64,000 bases of DNA from Roseibacillus sp. (GCA_051251855.1 JBPOGI010000002.1:192001-256000); one strand, 5' to 3'; numbered from the stretch's first letter, positions 39,468-49,644 are shown. Notes: a model not told the origin generated them from the letters alone. Made by a program: numbers and translations.

Positions 39468-39676
39468 ACGAGGTTGAGTGAGGCTAAAGTGCCTTTCTCG
39501 ATTTCTTATGACACGCAGACGGAAAGAATTGCACTGTGCTTGGTTGAAATCAGGCGGGGTCTCCTTGGTGGGTCGGGTAGACAATTTCCCAAAGCGGGTA
39601 TGTCTCTCTGTTCTTGAAATAGCTTGAGGTCACTTGAACCATTAAACACCTCTAACTTGCTCTTTTTTCGTAGTTT

Positions 39677-42202
39677 TTAAGAGATCGAGATGTCGCCAGA
39701 ATCCGTAGAGATTTCTGCTGCATTTAGACGGTCAATTTCAGCTGAGATTCCGGCATAGAGTGGTAAAGTTTCCTCACAATCGACGCTAATAAGAAGGCTG
39801 TAGCGTATTCTTTTAAGGTGGCAGTTGTGATGCTCATGCTCTTCAGGAAATTTCCTTTTAGCCCACCATCCAACTACTGGAAAGACTCGGAGGTAATCCA
39901 TCTCTGAGAGTTGAGCGGCACTACCTTGCCAGATATCTTGCACGAGCGAGCAGGACTTGGCGCGAAGCTGGGGACCAAGGGCCCACCCTGAATCAGCTCC
40001 AGTGGGCGAGGCTCTAAAGTCATCAAGACTGCTATCCTTATGTTTCACTGCGAAGCGGAGCTGGGCTCCCGCATACTTGTATTTATCGCTCTTCTCCCAG
40101 GTTCTTGAGCCGGGATTTGGTTCGACAAACGTAGATAAAGTCACCCGAAGAGTCACCGTTGTATCAGGCGAAGCTTGTAAGACCTGTGCGGGCCACGGCA
40201 ATTTGATTAAGTGCGATTCGTGTAGTGTAGCTGCTCCTGCCTGCCCCTTGAAAGGTTGGAGGGATTGCTGGAACCGGAAGGTGACCTTGTTATCAAAACT
40301 CACGGATGCGCGGGTTGGATCAACCTGCCCATAGCCGAACGAGCGGAGCACGTTTTCGATTGCGTCCTTGCTTCCAGACCGATGAGGATCGATGGCTCCG
40401 CGTCCTAGCATTTCGTTCGTCCAGCGCCCGGAATGGACAATCAAACCCCTAATGCTTTCCTCCCAGAGATCCGGATAGCTTTGACACAGATGCGCACCAA
40501 CTCGGGCGGTGAGTGCTGTTGCTGCACTGGTAGCATTCATCGAGCAAAGAGGACGCAATGCAAATTGGGGCGAAGTACTGAGAGGATTGAGCGAGTCCCG
40601 TTGGAAAAGGTAACCAGCTTGTGAGCGAGCGAGATTTCCGCCTTCAGCTACAACGTCCGGCTTGATGGGCCAATGCGAACGCCATTGGTGGGAAGTGCGA
40701 CTGAAAGGGCATAATGCGCCAATACGGGCAACGGCTGCCGCTTGCTGCGATTCAGGGTCATTTTCTTCGATGAGAGAACGGCCACTGACTGCCCCAACAC
40801 TGATCGCGTTAACGGCTTGGGCGGGATCTTCCACTGGAGCTTCGTGCAGGGAGTCGGGATACCGATAGTTCTCGTCGAAAGAACGGCAGTTACCTGCCGA
40901 GACAATGATCACCCGCTTTGGATGGTCTTCTTCCTGACTACCTGACGCCAGAGCATCGATTGCGGCTGACCAAGCAGAGGGGCGTCCATCGTCATGGGGA
41001 GTTCCACGAGTGAGAGCCATGCAAAAGACGCGTGAGCGGGACGGTGAGGCGGATTCCGGCAAGTAGACGCCTTGTTGGGTAACAGCACCGTAGTTCTCTG
41101 GCTGATGTTCGGCACCTGTCGCGAGCAATTTGACCGACTCCAAGCGGTGAAGCTGGGACCAGGTTTCAGTCGAGAGCATGAGTCCTCGCAGATCCCCATA
41201 GGCAGCTAGCCCAGCCATCGGGGTGCCGTGTCCCTGCGCATCCGATAGGTCTGGACTCGGAAGAACAGTAAACATGTCTGAAGATGCTAAGAGAGGTTCG
41301 AGTAGGGGATGCGCTCGATTGACTCCGCTATCGATGAGGCAGACTGCAGCCGCGTCACTACCCGGCAACACGACACGCTCCAAGGCTTCATCAATCCATT
41401 CCTCTTGCTCAATGCCTGATAATTCGCTGAGTCCAATAGAGCAGGGTCTCGCATAGCGCATCTCAGAGAGGCTATTGAGGATTGCCAAAGAGTTCTCAAG
41501 TTGCTCGCGCCTAGCTTGAAAAACGAGGATAACGTGGTCGGGAAGGACGAGACGCTGATCTGAAAGTTCTATTTCCTTGTGCGCACACTGTTCACGGAAG
41601 AGCTCTTCCCATTCACCATCATTGCGCCGAATCCAGACTTCCCACCAGACTGGTTCTTCTTTCGGCGGAAGAGGCTCCGCATCCATCCACAGAGCCTCAA
41701 GGGCAGCAACTTGGATCGAGGAGATGTTTGCCAAAAGATCATTGTGGCTAGGACCTTTTGTTTTGTCCTGGGAGGGGTCTGAATAGGACGCGACCTTCTT
41801 CTCCAAAGTGGTTAGGCGGCCAAAGGGAACAAACAGGGCTATCTGGTCGATTGCTCCGGCAGAAGTGACCTTTTTCCTGACGTTTAGAACGGTGATACCC
41901 TTCTGTTTTTTTGTTGCGGCTTGCTCGAGACTCTTGAACTGAATCGGGTGGTCCGGTTCTGATTCGATATTAAGGATAAGTCCGAAATCGGAACCGAGAC
42001 CATTTTGGTTTTGCCATTCTAAGGTCGCTTTAAAAGTGTCGGCAACTTTTTCCAGTTCGCTCGTGAGTAGAGCGGCATGGCCGGTCCGATCCTGCCGCTC
42101 AAAAATCTTCTTTGTGCCCCGGCCATCGCCCGAATAGGGGATGTTCTCAGGGGTCGTGCGCAGGCTTAAGTGAGGAAGGGGCTGCGACAGATGTTCGGGC
42201 AT
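39677..42202 (-). CDS. ietS: S8 subtilase-like protease, IetS-type
   Basis: IDSGV (Asp), GHGTPMAG (His), SAGN, KPDVVAEGGN, NATSAA (Ser); downstream of an AAA ATPase. Confidence 0.85.
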   Translation of the reverse strand: MPEHLSQPLPHLSLRTTPENIPYSGDGRGTKKIFERQDRTGHAALLTSELEKVADTFKATLEWQNQNGLGSDFGLILNIESEPDHPIQFKSLEQAATKKQKGITVLNVRKKVTSAGAIDQIALFVPFGRLTTLEKKVASYSDPSQDKTKGPSHNDLLANISSIQVAALEALWMDAEPLPPKEEPVWWEVWIRRNDGEWEELFREQCAHKEIELSDQRLVLPDHVILVFQARREQLENSLAILNSLSEMRYARPCSIGLSELSGIEQEEWIDEALERVVLPGSDAAAVCLIDSGVNRAHPLLEPLLASSDMFTVLPSPDLSDAQGHGTPMAGLAAYGDLRGLMLSTETWSQLHRLESVKLLATGAEHQPENYGAVTQQGVYLPESASPSRSRVFCMALTRGTPHDDGRPSAWSAAIDALASGSQEEDHPKRVIIVSAGNCRSFDENYRYPDSLHEAPVEDPAQAVNAISVGAVSGRSLIEENDPESQQAAAVARIGALCPFSRTSHQWRSHWPIKPDVVAEGGNLARSQAGYLFQRDSLNPLSTSPQFALRPLCSMNATSAATALTARVGAHLCQSYPDLWEESIRGLIVHSGRWTNEMLGRGAIDPHRSGSKDAIENVLRSFGYGQVDPTRASVSFDNKVTFRFQQSLQPFKGQAGAATLHESHLIKLPWPAQVLQASPDTTVTLRVTLSTFVEPNPGSRTWEKSDKYKYAGAQLRFAVKHKDSSLDDFRASPTGADSGWALGPQLRAKSCSLVQDIWQGSAAQLSEMDYLRVFPVVGWWAKRKFPEEHEHHNCHLKRIRYSLLISVDCEETLPLYAGISAEIDRLNAAEISTDSGDISIS

Positions 42203-42241
42203 GAGCGAGGGTGAATTTTAGAAGCGGTTCCTAGCACTACC

Positions 42242-43228
42242 TTAGTGATTGAGATGAACTCGGCGCTCTGCCAAAGCGGTGATGAGGGCTGCATTGGTAA
42301 TTTGCTCATGCTCGTTGATCAGCAGGTCTTTGATCACTTCTTCGCACGCGCGGGTGACTTCCGAGTAGCTAAGCTCAGCAGCGGCCTGATCTATTTTTTT
42401 CCAAAGGAGACGTTCTTTGTCGAAATTTCGGAGCAGACGTTTGATGACTTTCCTGACTTGAGCCGGGTCTGGTAGTCCAAACTCGATGAGATCGTCAAAG
42501 CGGCGAAAAAGCGCCTTATCGAGCTTCTCCCCGTAGTTGGAAGCAGCGATGATTAGGCTGTTGCCCTGGAGTTGCTCTATGAAGACAAGGAACGAATTGA
42601 GCACGCGTCTCATTTCCGCTACCTCGCCTCCCGCATCGCGAGTGTAGCCAATGCTATCAAACTCATCGAAGAGATAGACAGCCCGGGTGGACTCGATGGC
42701 CTCAAAGATGAGGCGAAGCTTGGAAAGAGATTCTCCAAGAAAGCGGCTGATTAGGGAATCCAGCCGGATGACAAAAAGCGGTAGGCCGAGTTCGCCTGCC
42801 AAAGCGCTGGCCGTGATCGTCTTGCCGCATCCGGGAGGGCCAGTGAAAAGGAGGCGTTGTCTCGGACGAAGATCGTTTTCCTTGAGAAGGCTGAGATTTT
42901 TCTGCTCGCGAAGGACGCGCTGAACCCGCTTTGCAAGGCTGTCCTCCAGAACAAGATCTGACAGTTTGACTGTTGCTGTAACCTGTTCAACAAGTTGGGC
43001 GACATCACCTTGAGGTTGCGCCACAGACACAATTCCACCTGAAATCTGAGGTCGAATGGCGGTTTCTTGCCTAGCCTGATCGACCAGTTTCCTCAGATCA
43101 TCAGCAAGTCGTTGATGCCCTTTCCGCGCTTCAGCGGCAGCGACCTGAAGTGCAACGGCATAGAACCTCTCGTCATTCCCATCGGAATGACTTTGGAGAA
43201 GGGACTTCAGTTGTGTTGAGTTGGCCAT
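42242..43228 (-). CDS. ietA: AAA+ ATPase, IetA-type
   Basis: Start MANSTQLKSLL; GPPGCGKT, FDEFD, RRFDD; ATPase plus subtilase pair. Confidence 0.87.
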   Translation of the reverse strand: MANSTQLKSLLQSHSDGNDERFYAVALQVAAAEARKGHQRLADDLRKLVDQARQETAIRPQISGGIVSVAQPQGDVAQLVEQVTATVKLSDLVLEDSLAKRVQRVLREQKNLSLLKENDLRPRQRLLFTGPPGCGKTITASALAGELGLPLFVIRLDSLISRFLGESLSKLRLIFEAIESTRAVYLFDEFDSIGYTRDAGGEVAEMRRVLNSFLVFIEQLQGNSLIIAASNYGEKLDKALFRRFDDLIEFGLPDPAQVRKVIKRLLRNFDKERLLWKKIDQAAAELSYSEVTRACEEVIKDLLINEHEQITNAALITALAERRVHLNH

Positions 43229-43479
43229 GAAAAAACCGTGCCTAGCGCCGGTATTAAGGAGAAATTGACCGAGAATAGCGAGGGTCAAATATGTTCACGC
43301 CGGGGGCTTTTGTCTCGGGCACTTAGAAATTTTTTAAGGAGTTTTAGGTTTTTACCCGGCAGGAGACAGCCAATGGGGACGAAATCGATGAGGCGGACCT
43401 TGCTGGAACCATTGCCTCTAAAGTAGGATAGCGCTTGAAAGGGAGCATTTCGCCTTGGCCTTTCGACAACATAACGCCA

Positions 43480-44262
43480 ATGACTCGGTTGAAAAAATCT
43501 CCCCTTAAGAGAAGCCCTCGAAATAATGCCGGCGATTCTGTCGGCAAATATTTCGACGAAAGCTTCGACCGTCAGATACTGCCGTTACTTCTTTTTCCCG
43601 TGATTCTTCTGCTCTTTGCACTTTGGCATTGGTTGTTTTACAAGGGGCTTATCGGGGGGAGCCCTTGGATCACGACTGTGATTGCAGTTGGTTCAGCTGT
43701 AGTTTCCATCTTTCGGTTGAGGACTGTGACATCTCGGCTCAGAGCGATACGGCAGGGTCAACTGGGCGAGATGGCGGTGGGACAGTTTTTGGATGGTCTC
43801 CAAGCTGATGGCTACAAGGTGTTTCACGACATTCCCTGCGAAGGATTTAATATCGACCATGTCATTCTGGGAACGCGGGGTTTCTACACTGTAGAGACAA
43901 AGACGTTGAGCAAGCCGCAGTCGGGAAGCCCGCGAATTTGCGTGACCGAGGGAGGATTGACAATCGATGGAGGGCCCGTTTCTGCCGATCATCTGGTGCA
44001 GGCGAACTCGCAATCAGTCTGGCTTAGCAACAAGCTTGAAGAACTGACCGCCAAGCGCTGGTCAGTAAAACCAGTGCTGACGTTCCCGGGCTGGTTTATC
44101 GAACCCAACAAAACGAAAGCCTATCGAAACATCTGGGTCCTCGAGCCGAAAGCGATACCGAAGTTTCTCAAGCGCGAAGCTGAAACCCTACCATCCTCGG
44201 ACGTCAGTCTAGCGGCATCTTCTCTCAGCAGGTATATCCGTAGTGAGATTGAATTAGGCTAA
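43480..44262 (+). CDS. NERD nuclease-related domain membrane protein
   Basis: Two TM, then GQLGE..V, FHDI...NIDHVILG..G.YTVETK. Confidence 0.85.
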   Translation: MTRLKKSPLKRSPRNNAGDSVGKYFDESFDRQILPLLLFPVILLLFALWHWLFYKGLIGGSPWITTVIAVGSAVVSIFRLRTVTSRLRAIRQGQLGEMAVGQFLDGLQADGYKVFHDIPCEGFNIDHVILGTRGFYTVETKTLSKPQSGSPRICVTEGGLTIDGGPVSADHLVQANSQSVWLSNKLEELTAKRWSVKPVLTFPGWFIEPNKTKAYRNIWVLEPKAIPKFLKREAETLPSSDVSLAASSLSRYIRSEIELG

Positions 44263-44329
44263 AAATTCACCGAATTAGTATTCTTTTAGCAAATGGGGTG
44301 AATGCGTCTAGTGGCGTCACAGGTGAAGC

Positions 44330-45217
44330 TCAATTTTCCGCTGGTTTCGTGTTTTGCGCGTCGTCGCTGAGGGATGCCTTTTGAATTTCTAGCGCATCCA
44401 GCAAGCTTCCAATGCCGAGTAATAAGCTCGCGCGGTCTTCCTCTAGTTTGGAAATGTTAGACAGGTCCTCCTTTGAGAGCTTCTCAAGCACAAATTCTAA
44501 CTCGTGCATTGTCGCTTCAATGTTAGAACGTTCAGCTTGACGATCTTCCTCAATCGTCTGAAGAATTTTCAATTCTGGGACCTCGACTGTTGCTTTTAGA
44601 CTTTCATTCGAAATTGTGACGCTGTCAGATTTTGAGAAGGGGAGGATGAGCGAGATAATGAGACCAGCCATAGCGATCCGCGTGGCTATTTTCGAATTTC
44701 GTAGGTTGCGCTGGGCTCCGGCGATTTCTGCTTTATGTCGAATTTCTTCTTGAGACGCGAAATTTCTCTCTGCCAATTCTCGAAGTGACTGCGAGACCCA
44801 AAATTGTTTGCCCGCCAGTTTGTAAATCGAAGGTTTTACATCTTCCGCAACAAAATGACAGTCGATGTATTCTTCGTCTTGCCAGACAGTGCCGATGGCT
44901 GAGGGTTTGTATTTTCCTGCACCGAGGACCAATCGAGATTCTTCAAGATATTTAAAAAGCTCGACTACGGTTACGATGATTTTTGAGACTTCCCAATCCA
45001 GCTTTTTGATTTGATTTGTTCCAAAACTGGCTTTCTTGACCTTGACCACAACTTCGTGCTCCGATTTCAAATCGATGTAGCTGTCGAAGGACAGCAGGCC
45101 CTTATGAGTACCTTCCGCCAAGAGATTATTGAGAACTAAATATCCTCTTTTAGCGTCTATATCCAACATTCGCTGGATGATTTCTTTTTCGAGATCTGAG
45201 AAAAATCGTTGTTCCAT
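44330..45217 (-). CDS. Hypothetical protein with one TM and C-terminal coiled coil
   Basis: 295 aa, hydrophobic IAMAGLIISLILPF. Confidence 0.7.
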   Translation of the reverse strand: MEQRFFSDLEKEIIQRMLDIDAKRGYLVLNNLLAEGTHKGLLSFDSYIDLKSEHEVVVKVKKASFGTNQIKKLDWEVSKIIVTVVELFKYLEESRLVLGAGKYKPSAIGTVWQDEEYIDCHFVAEDVKPSIYKLAGKQFWVSQSLRELAERNFASQEEIRHKAEIAGAQRNLRNSKIATRIAMAGLIISLILPFSKSDSVTISNESLKATVEVPELKILQTIEEDRQAERSNIEATMHELEFVLEKLSKEDLSNISKLEEDRASLLLGIGSLLDALEIQKASLSDDAQNTKPAEN

Positions 45218-45313
45218 AAGTTGTTCTTTAAAGGTTGATTACACGTCGCAGATTACCGTGCGACTTTATCTCTGCGGTGAGCTGGCTGTTCTCAGGTGTT
45301 TCTTCGGGCGACG

Positions 45314-47509
45314 TCAGTCGGAATCAGCCTGTTCGTCTTCTACCCGTGAACGAGCCTTATCAGAGAATTCTTGGGTCGCGAACAGAATTTGTTCAGAGTG
45401 CCCGAGGTTCAAGTAATGGAGAGCGTGGGGAAACGAAAAGTGGTGAGTGACGTAGTCGTTAAAATCCACTTCAGACCACTCAAGAGTCTTTTTCACAGCC
45501 TCCCTGAAAGAGGTGAACCAGTTCTTCGAGTAGACGGCAATCATTGCGGTTGTGGGGATTGAGATAAGATCATACTGTTCTTTAGTGATCAAATTTTCAT
45601 CTTTGAGCTGGAGCAGAAATTCGCTGACGTAGCTTGCTCGCATTTGTGAAGTGATGATTTTATTCAAGGATAGTGGCAGGCTATTATCCTTGCACCATTT
45701 CCTCGTAACCGATGTGAGTCGATAAAGTAGCCGTGCGACCATGATGCCAGCTAAGGTGCCGTGAATAGGCATTAGCGCTCCAAATACGGACTTGGCCCCC
45801 AAGGCCAAAAATCCATTTGCACTACTAGCATGGCTACGATCCGCAGGACAAGAATCGCAGCAACTCAGGAACACGATTGGAGGCATGATTACTTTTCCGC
45901 GAAGACTCCAAACATCGACCTTTTCAGAACCCAGGTAGATAGCTCCTACTTGTGATTCGTCATCGTGAGAACCATGACCATCAAAAATGAGGAACGGGGT
46001 TCTCGATTCGTTGCAGGCAGCTATAAACTGTTCTGTGTTTTCGACATCGACAAAGTCGACTTGCCAATCCCAGCCATCGAGTCGTGAGTAATCGTCGATG
46101 CAGTCTTTAAGGATATTTCGGAGGGGATCATTGGGCTTGAATGAGCGAATTACGGTAACGTGCTGGCGGCTTGATAAATCGAGGAAGTGTCGACTCGTCT
46201 TGCAGGCAAGAGCGAGATGTAGGTCTCCCGGAGTCGTGGGGATTTGGGTGACAAAGTGGCGGAGGCAAAGAGGGAGACCACGTTCTCTGATCAGTCCAAT
46301 CGGGAGATCGGCTACAATACGGATGGTCTGGTCTTCTCCGTCGAGAAAGCCAGGCGTTAGGAGGTCTGTCACACGCTCCAAAGCTAAGAAAAAGTGGTTG
46401 GCTAGCTTATTGATTTTGCGAGAGGAGAGTTGCAAGCCTGAGGTTCTTATCAGTTTTCCGAGAAGAACCAGTAGACCTCGGGTCTGATAGATCCTCCTTG
46501 GGAGCCTCAAGGATGGGCAGAAATTCCCCCAAGTTTGAAGTTCGACCGCTGAAGTATAAGTGAAAATCTCGTCCATCCACATTTTTGTTATAACGTGGAA
46601 GGTCGGATTGTTCTGAATATAACCAATTTCAGAAACGGCTATAGAATTACTGTAAGAATCTTGGTTCGAATGGTACCTGACGGCAGTTTTAATCTCCCTA
46701 AAATCATCGTCTCTAAAAAGGCTCTTCACTCTTTTTGATGATGAGAGGAAGTGTAGAACACCCGGGCAAGTAATGATCAAGTCAACCGTTTGCCTTTGGA
46801 GGTTCTCTGGGAAAAGGTCGTGAAGTCGGTCTCTTTCTTTCTTCAGGAGCAGAGCTGATTCGAGGATCGCGTCCAGATAGCACTGCTCTTCAGTAGAGCA
46901 AAGCGGGTTCGATTCGGAGAAAAAAACTCCCGAAAGTGTGAGGGGTAATTCATTCGGTAGAGTTACTCCATGCGAGCGTTCCGGGATATCAATAATTCTT
47001 GGCAGAGGTTCGGGGATTGGCTGGTCAAGAAGGGTGTCGATTATACGAGCCGCTTCCGAGTGTTCCTCCCGAATGGCTTCCGCGAAGTCACGCGTATAAC
47101 CGTCCAATAGCTGTTGACCGACGGAAAGATCTTCAGAAATTCTGACCAACTCAGCTGACTTCAAATGAAGAGTTGGGGACTTTATTGCAGATAAGGTCGA
47201 AGCTACACTCTCATCAATTTCCTCGGGACTAACAAAGATGAAGAGTGATTGTTCAAAACCGATTTTTAACTTTGAGATATCTCGCTCCATGAGAGGGAAG
47301 ATAATATGAGAGCAGTCTCCTAAAAGTTTGTGCTGGACAAGTTTTTCACGAGTTAAATTACGAGCGTGAAGGCTTGGGGGAAGCTTCAGAAGAATGTGCA
47401 GTGCAGGTCGCAGAAAAATAGACTGTGCAGTGTGACCCATAAAAAGGGAGGGGCCGGGCCCGTCGACGTTTGGGGTGACGAGTATAAATCGATAGGTGAA
47501 ATCCATCAC
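45314..47509 (-). CDS. CHAT-domain (caspase-like) protein
   Basis: C-terminal IFDGHG (His), VFLSCCDS (Cys), ANGFLALGAKSVFG. Confidence 0.8.
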   Translation of the reverse strand: MMDFTYRFILVTPNVDGPGPSLFMGHTAQSIFLRPALHILLKLPPSLHARNLTREKLVQHKLLGDCSHIIFPLMERDISKLKIGFEQSLFIFVSPEEIDESVASTLSAIKSPTLHLKSAELVRISEDLSVGQQLLDGYTRDFAEAIREEHSEAARIIDTLLDQPIPEPLPRIIDIPERSHGVTLPNELPLTLSGVFFSESNPLCSTEEQCYLDAILESALLLKKERDRLHDLFPENLQRQTVDLIITCPGVLHFLSSSKRVKSLFRDDDFREIKTAVRYHSNQDSYSNSIAVSEIGYIQNNPTFHVITKMWMDEIFTYTSAVELQTWGNFCPSLRLPRRIYQTRGLLVLLGKLIRTSGLQLSSRKINKLANHFFLALERVTDLLTPGFLDGEDQTIRIVADLPIGLIRERGLPLCLRHFVTQIPTTPGDLHLALACKTSRHFLDLSSRQHVTVIRSFKPNDPLRNILKDCIDDYSRLDGWDWQVDFVDVENTEQFIAACNESRTPFLIFDGHGSHDDESQVGAIYLGSEKVDVWSLRGKVIMPPIVFLSCCDSCPADRSHASSANGFLALGAKSVFGALMPIHGTLAGIMVARLLYRLTSVTRKWCKDNSLPLSLNKIITSQMRASYVSEFLLQLKDENLITKEQYDLISIPTTAMIAVYSKNWFTSFREAVKKTLEWSEVDFNDYVTHHFSFPHALHYLNLGHSEQILFATQEFSDKARSRVEDEQADSD

Positions 47510-47604
47510 TGATTAAAACGGCGAGAGCGCAGCATGAGAAGCATCGAGCAGGGCAGCTCGTATTGCTCAAATAGGTTTTACAGTTCCACTCGTTTTTAAA
47601 GCTA

Positions 47605-49446
47605 CTATTGTAATTTATGCCTGCCCTCGCTACTAAAAACGCAAATCCTCAAAGTCAACCACCAGAGGTAGACGATCTCTGGACGAAGAAAAAATTCCTC
47701 ATGAGAAATGAGGCCGTGTGCGAGTTCATTTCTGAGGTTGCCTCCAAATCGCTCAATGAGTAATCCTCTCAGGAGAAAGACCGCCTCTTCTCCAAACATC
47801 TCTTCAAGTTTCGGCTCCCACAGAAGGTCGTTGATATCTCGGTCCTTCTGCCCTCCCTTCTCGTCATATTTGGAAGTCTCAACATGGTCTTTCAGAACGT
47901 AGCGGATATTTGCCTCTAGCTGAGGAATAATGAGATGCGAGGCAACCAACCAATCTCCGTGTAAGCCAGCATAAATACCTCGTAAAAGAGTTGTCTCATG
48001 TCCTGGCATTACAAAAGGGTTATTCGCTACGAGGAATCCTAAGGAACGACACGAAAGGGGGTGGTCTGCTAGGATTTGAAGACGAGCTGGTTCTATAAGG
48101 GAACAAACCTCAAAAGGGAGTTGAAAGAGCCTGAAGAACTCCAACGCTTTCTTTCGGACCCTCTGTGCTGGTTCTTCTTGAGTGTAATCAGCGGATGCAA
48201 TGGTATCTGTCGTTTTTCCCTCGTAGTCTTTCTGTTCTACAACCATGGAGTCCATCAAGGAGGACCCGCTTTGCAGATTCGCAAGCTCGCCCATAGATGG
48301 GATATCTGCGATCTGAGCGAGCTTGTAGATCGCTTCATGAAATGAACTTCCTTCCAGATGTTGTCTAACCACTCGCTCCGCCTTTTCAGCACCCTTTCTG
48401 AAAGCAGGGTCGTCGAGGGGAGAGAATGAGAAATCGGTGTTACTGTGAGCCCCTTCGAAAACTTGTTTCTGAACCTTTCGAAAAGTCGCAAGAGCCTCGT
48501 CGACACGCTCTTTTGAAGCGCCAGCTCTTTTGAGGGCCCCCAGTGCTTGCTGGTAATATCCTTCTGCTGCAGGGAATCTTTCTTCACCCTTTGCGTATTC
48601 TGCTTCAGCTCTCTGGTGGAAGGTTTCCGCAGCCATAATTAGCGCCTCTTTTGTTGCGAGCTCATCTTTGGATCTTTGAGAGTAGGAGGCGCAGATGATC
48701 CAATAACGATGAGCACTTGCGTATTTTTCACGTGCCTCATTCTGCACAGCAATTTGTTTTGCTAAGTCCGCATATTCCTGAACCCTTTCGGTTTCAATCT
48801 TAAGGACGACCTCTAACAAGGAAGCTGTATAATCCTCGCTGTTCGGTTTTGTCTTATATGACTCAATCGAACTTGTAATGTGCTTATGAACTACTGACTT
48901 TTCTTCCTCGAAGCCTTTCCTGCTGGATAAGTCAACAGCTCTGCGCAAGCGCTGAGTAGCATGGGAATAGTCTTTCGTGGCTTCTAAGTTTTTAGCGGCC
49001 TCTACAAACGCTGGAACTGCGTTCTTAACCGCTCTAAAGTCCCTTTTTCTAAGCCATAAGATATCAGCAATTCTTGCCCGTAATTCCGGGTCACTAATCT
49101 CCGAGTAGGCTTCATGTAGAGCTGTCAGACTGTGTTCGTCAATGTCTTCATGTGAAAATGAGAGGTTGGTTCTTTTCCCGCCAGAAAAGCTCAGGTGAAT
49201 TGGTAGGTATGGTTCATCCTCAAAGTCATAGTTCGTTAGTAGGAGCGAGATTTCGTTCAGCAACCTGAGAGCGGCTACACCGACGGTGTCGTTTTTCTCG
49301 AACGCTTGTTTCAGTAGCGGCACGAATACCTCGTAGTAATCTTTACATTTCCTCCTTGGATCTTTTGAGAGTTCGTCCTGCCAAGGATAGGAAAAGAAGT
49401 CATCGGCAGAAATAGAGACCGCTTCAATTTTATTGGGTTCGCTCAT
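47605..49446 (-). CDS. DUF4209 domain protein (HEPN-like C-terminus, helical repeats)
   Basis: Start MSEPNK; RARIADILW; HLIIPQLE; GNLRNELAHGL (RxxxxH). Confidence 0.78.
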   Translation of the reverse strand: MSEPNKIEAVSISADDFFSYPWQDELSKDPRRKCKDYYEVFVPLLKQAFEKNDTVGVAALRLLNEISLLLTNYDFEDEPYLPIHLSFSGGKRTNLSFSHEDIDEHSLTALHEAYSEISDPELRARIADILWLRKRDFRAVKNAVPAFVEAAKNLEATKDYSHATQRLRRAVDLSSRKGFEEEKSVVHKHITSSIESYKTKPNSEDYTASLLEVVLKIETERVQEYADLAKQIAVQNEAREKYASAHRYWIICASYSQRSKDELATKEALIMAAETFHQRAEAEYAKGEERFPAAEGYYQQALGALKRAGASKERVDEALATFRKVQKQVFEGAHSNTDFSFSPLDDPAFRKGAEKAERVVRQHLEGSSFHEAIYKLAQIADIPSMGELANLQSGSSLMDSMVVEQKDYEGKTTDTIASADYTQEEPAQRVRKKALEFFRLFQLPFEVCSLIEPARLQILADHPLSCRSLGFLVANNPFVMPGHETTLLRGIYAGLHGDWLVASHLIIPQLEANIRYVLKDHVETSKYDEKGGQKDRDINDLLWEPKLEEMFGEEAVFLLRGLLIERFGGNLRNELAHGLISHEEFFLRPEIVYLWWLTLRICVFSSEGRHKLQ

Positions 49447-49644
49447 TTCTATTCTAATCTTAGAAATGCTTTTAGACCTGTGAGATTGGGAGTTCAAGGG
49501 GTAAGAACGGGCAGTCCTCATCGAAAGAACGTCCACAGCGATTGACGGGGAGGAGAGCAATAGTGCAAGTCTCTTTCCCAAAGTTCGTACGAAGGCTTGC
49601 GTAATTTGGTCCCCTACAAGCGCCAAGAGAGCAAATACAAAGCA

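Noticed and set aside
23143..40000. Prophage
   Set aside because: No capsid, terminase, tail, lysis or Zot-like morphogenesis genes despite the phage-associated DUFs
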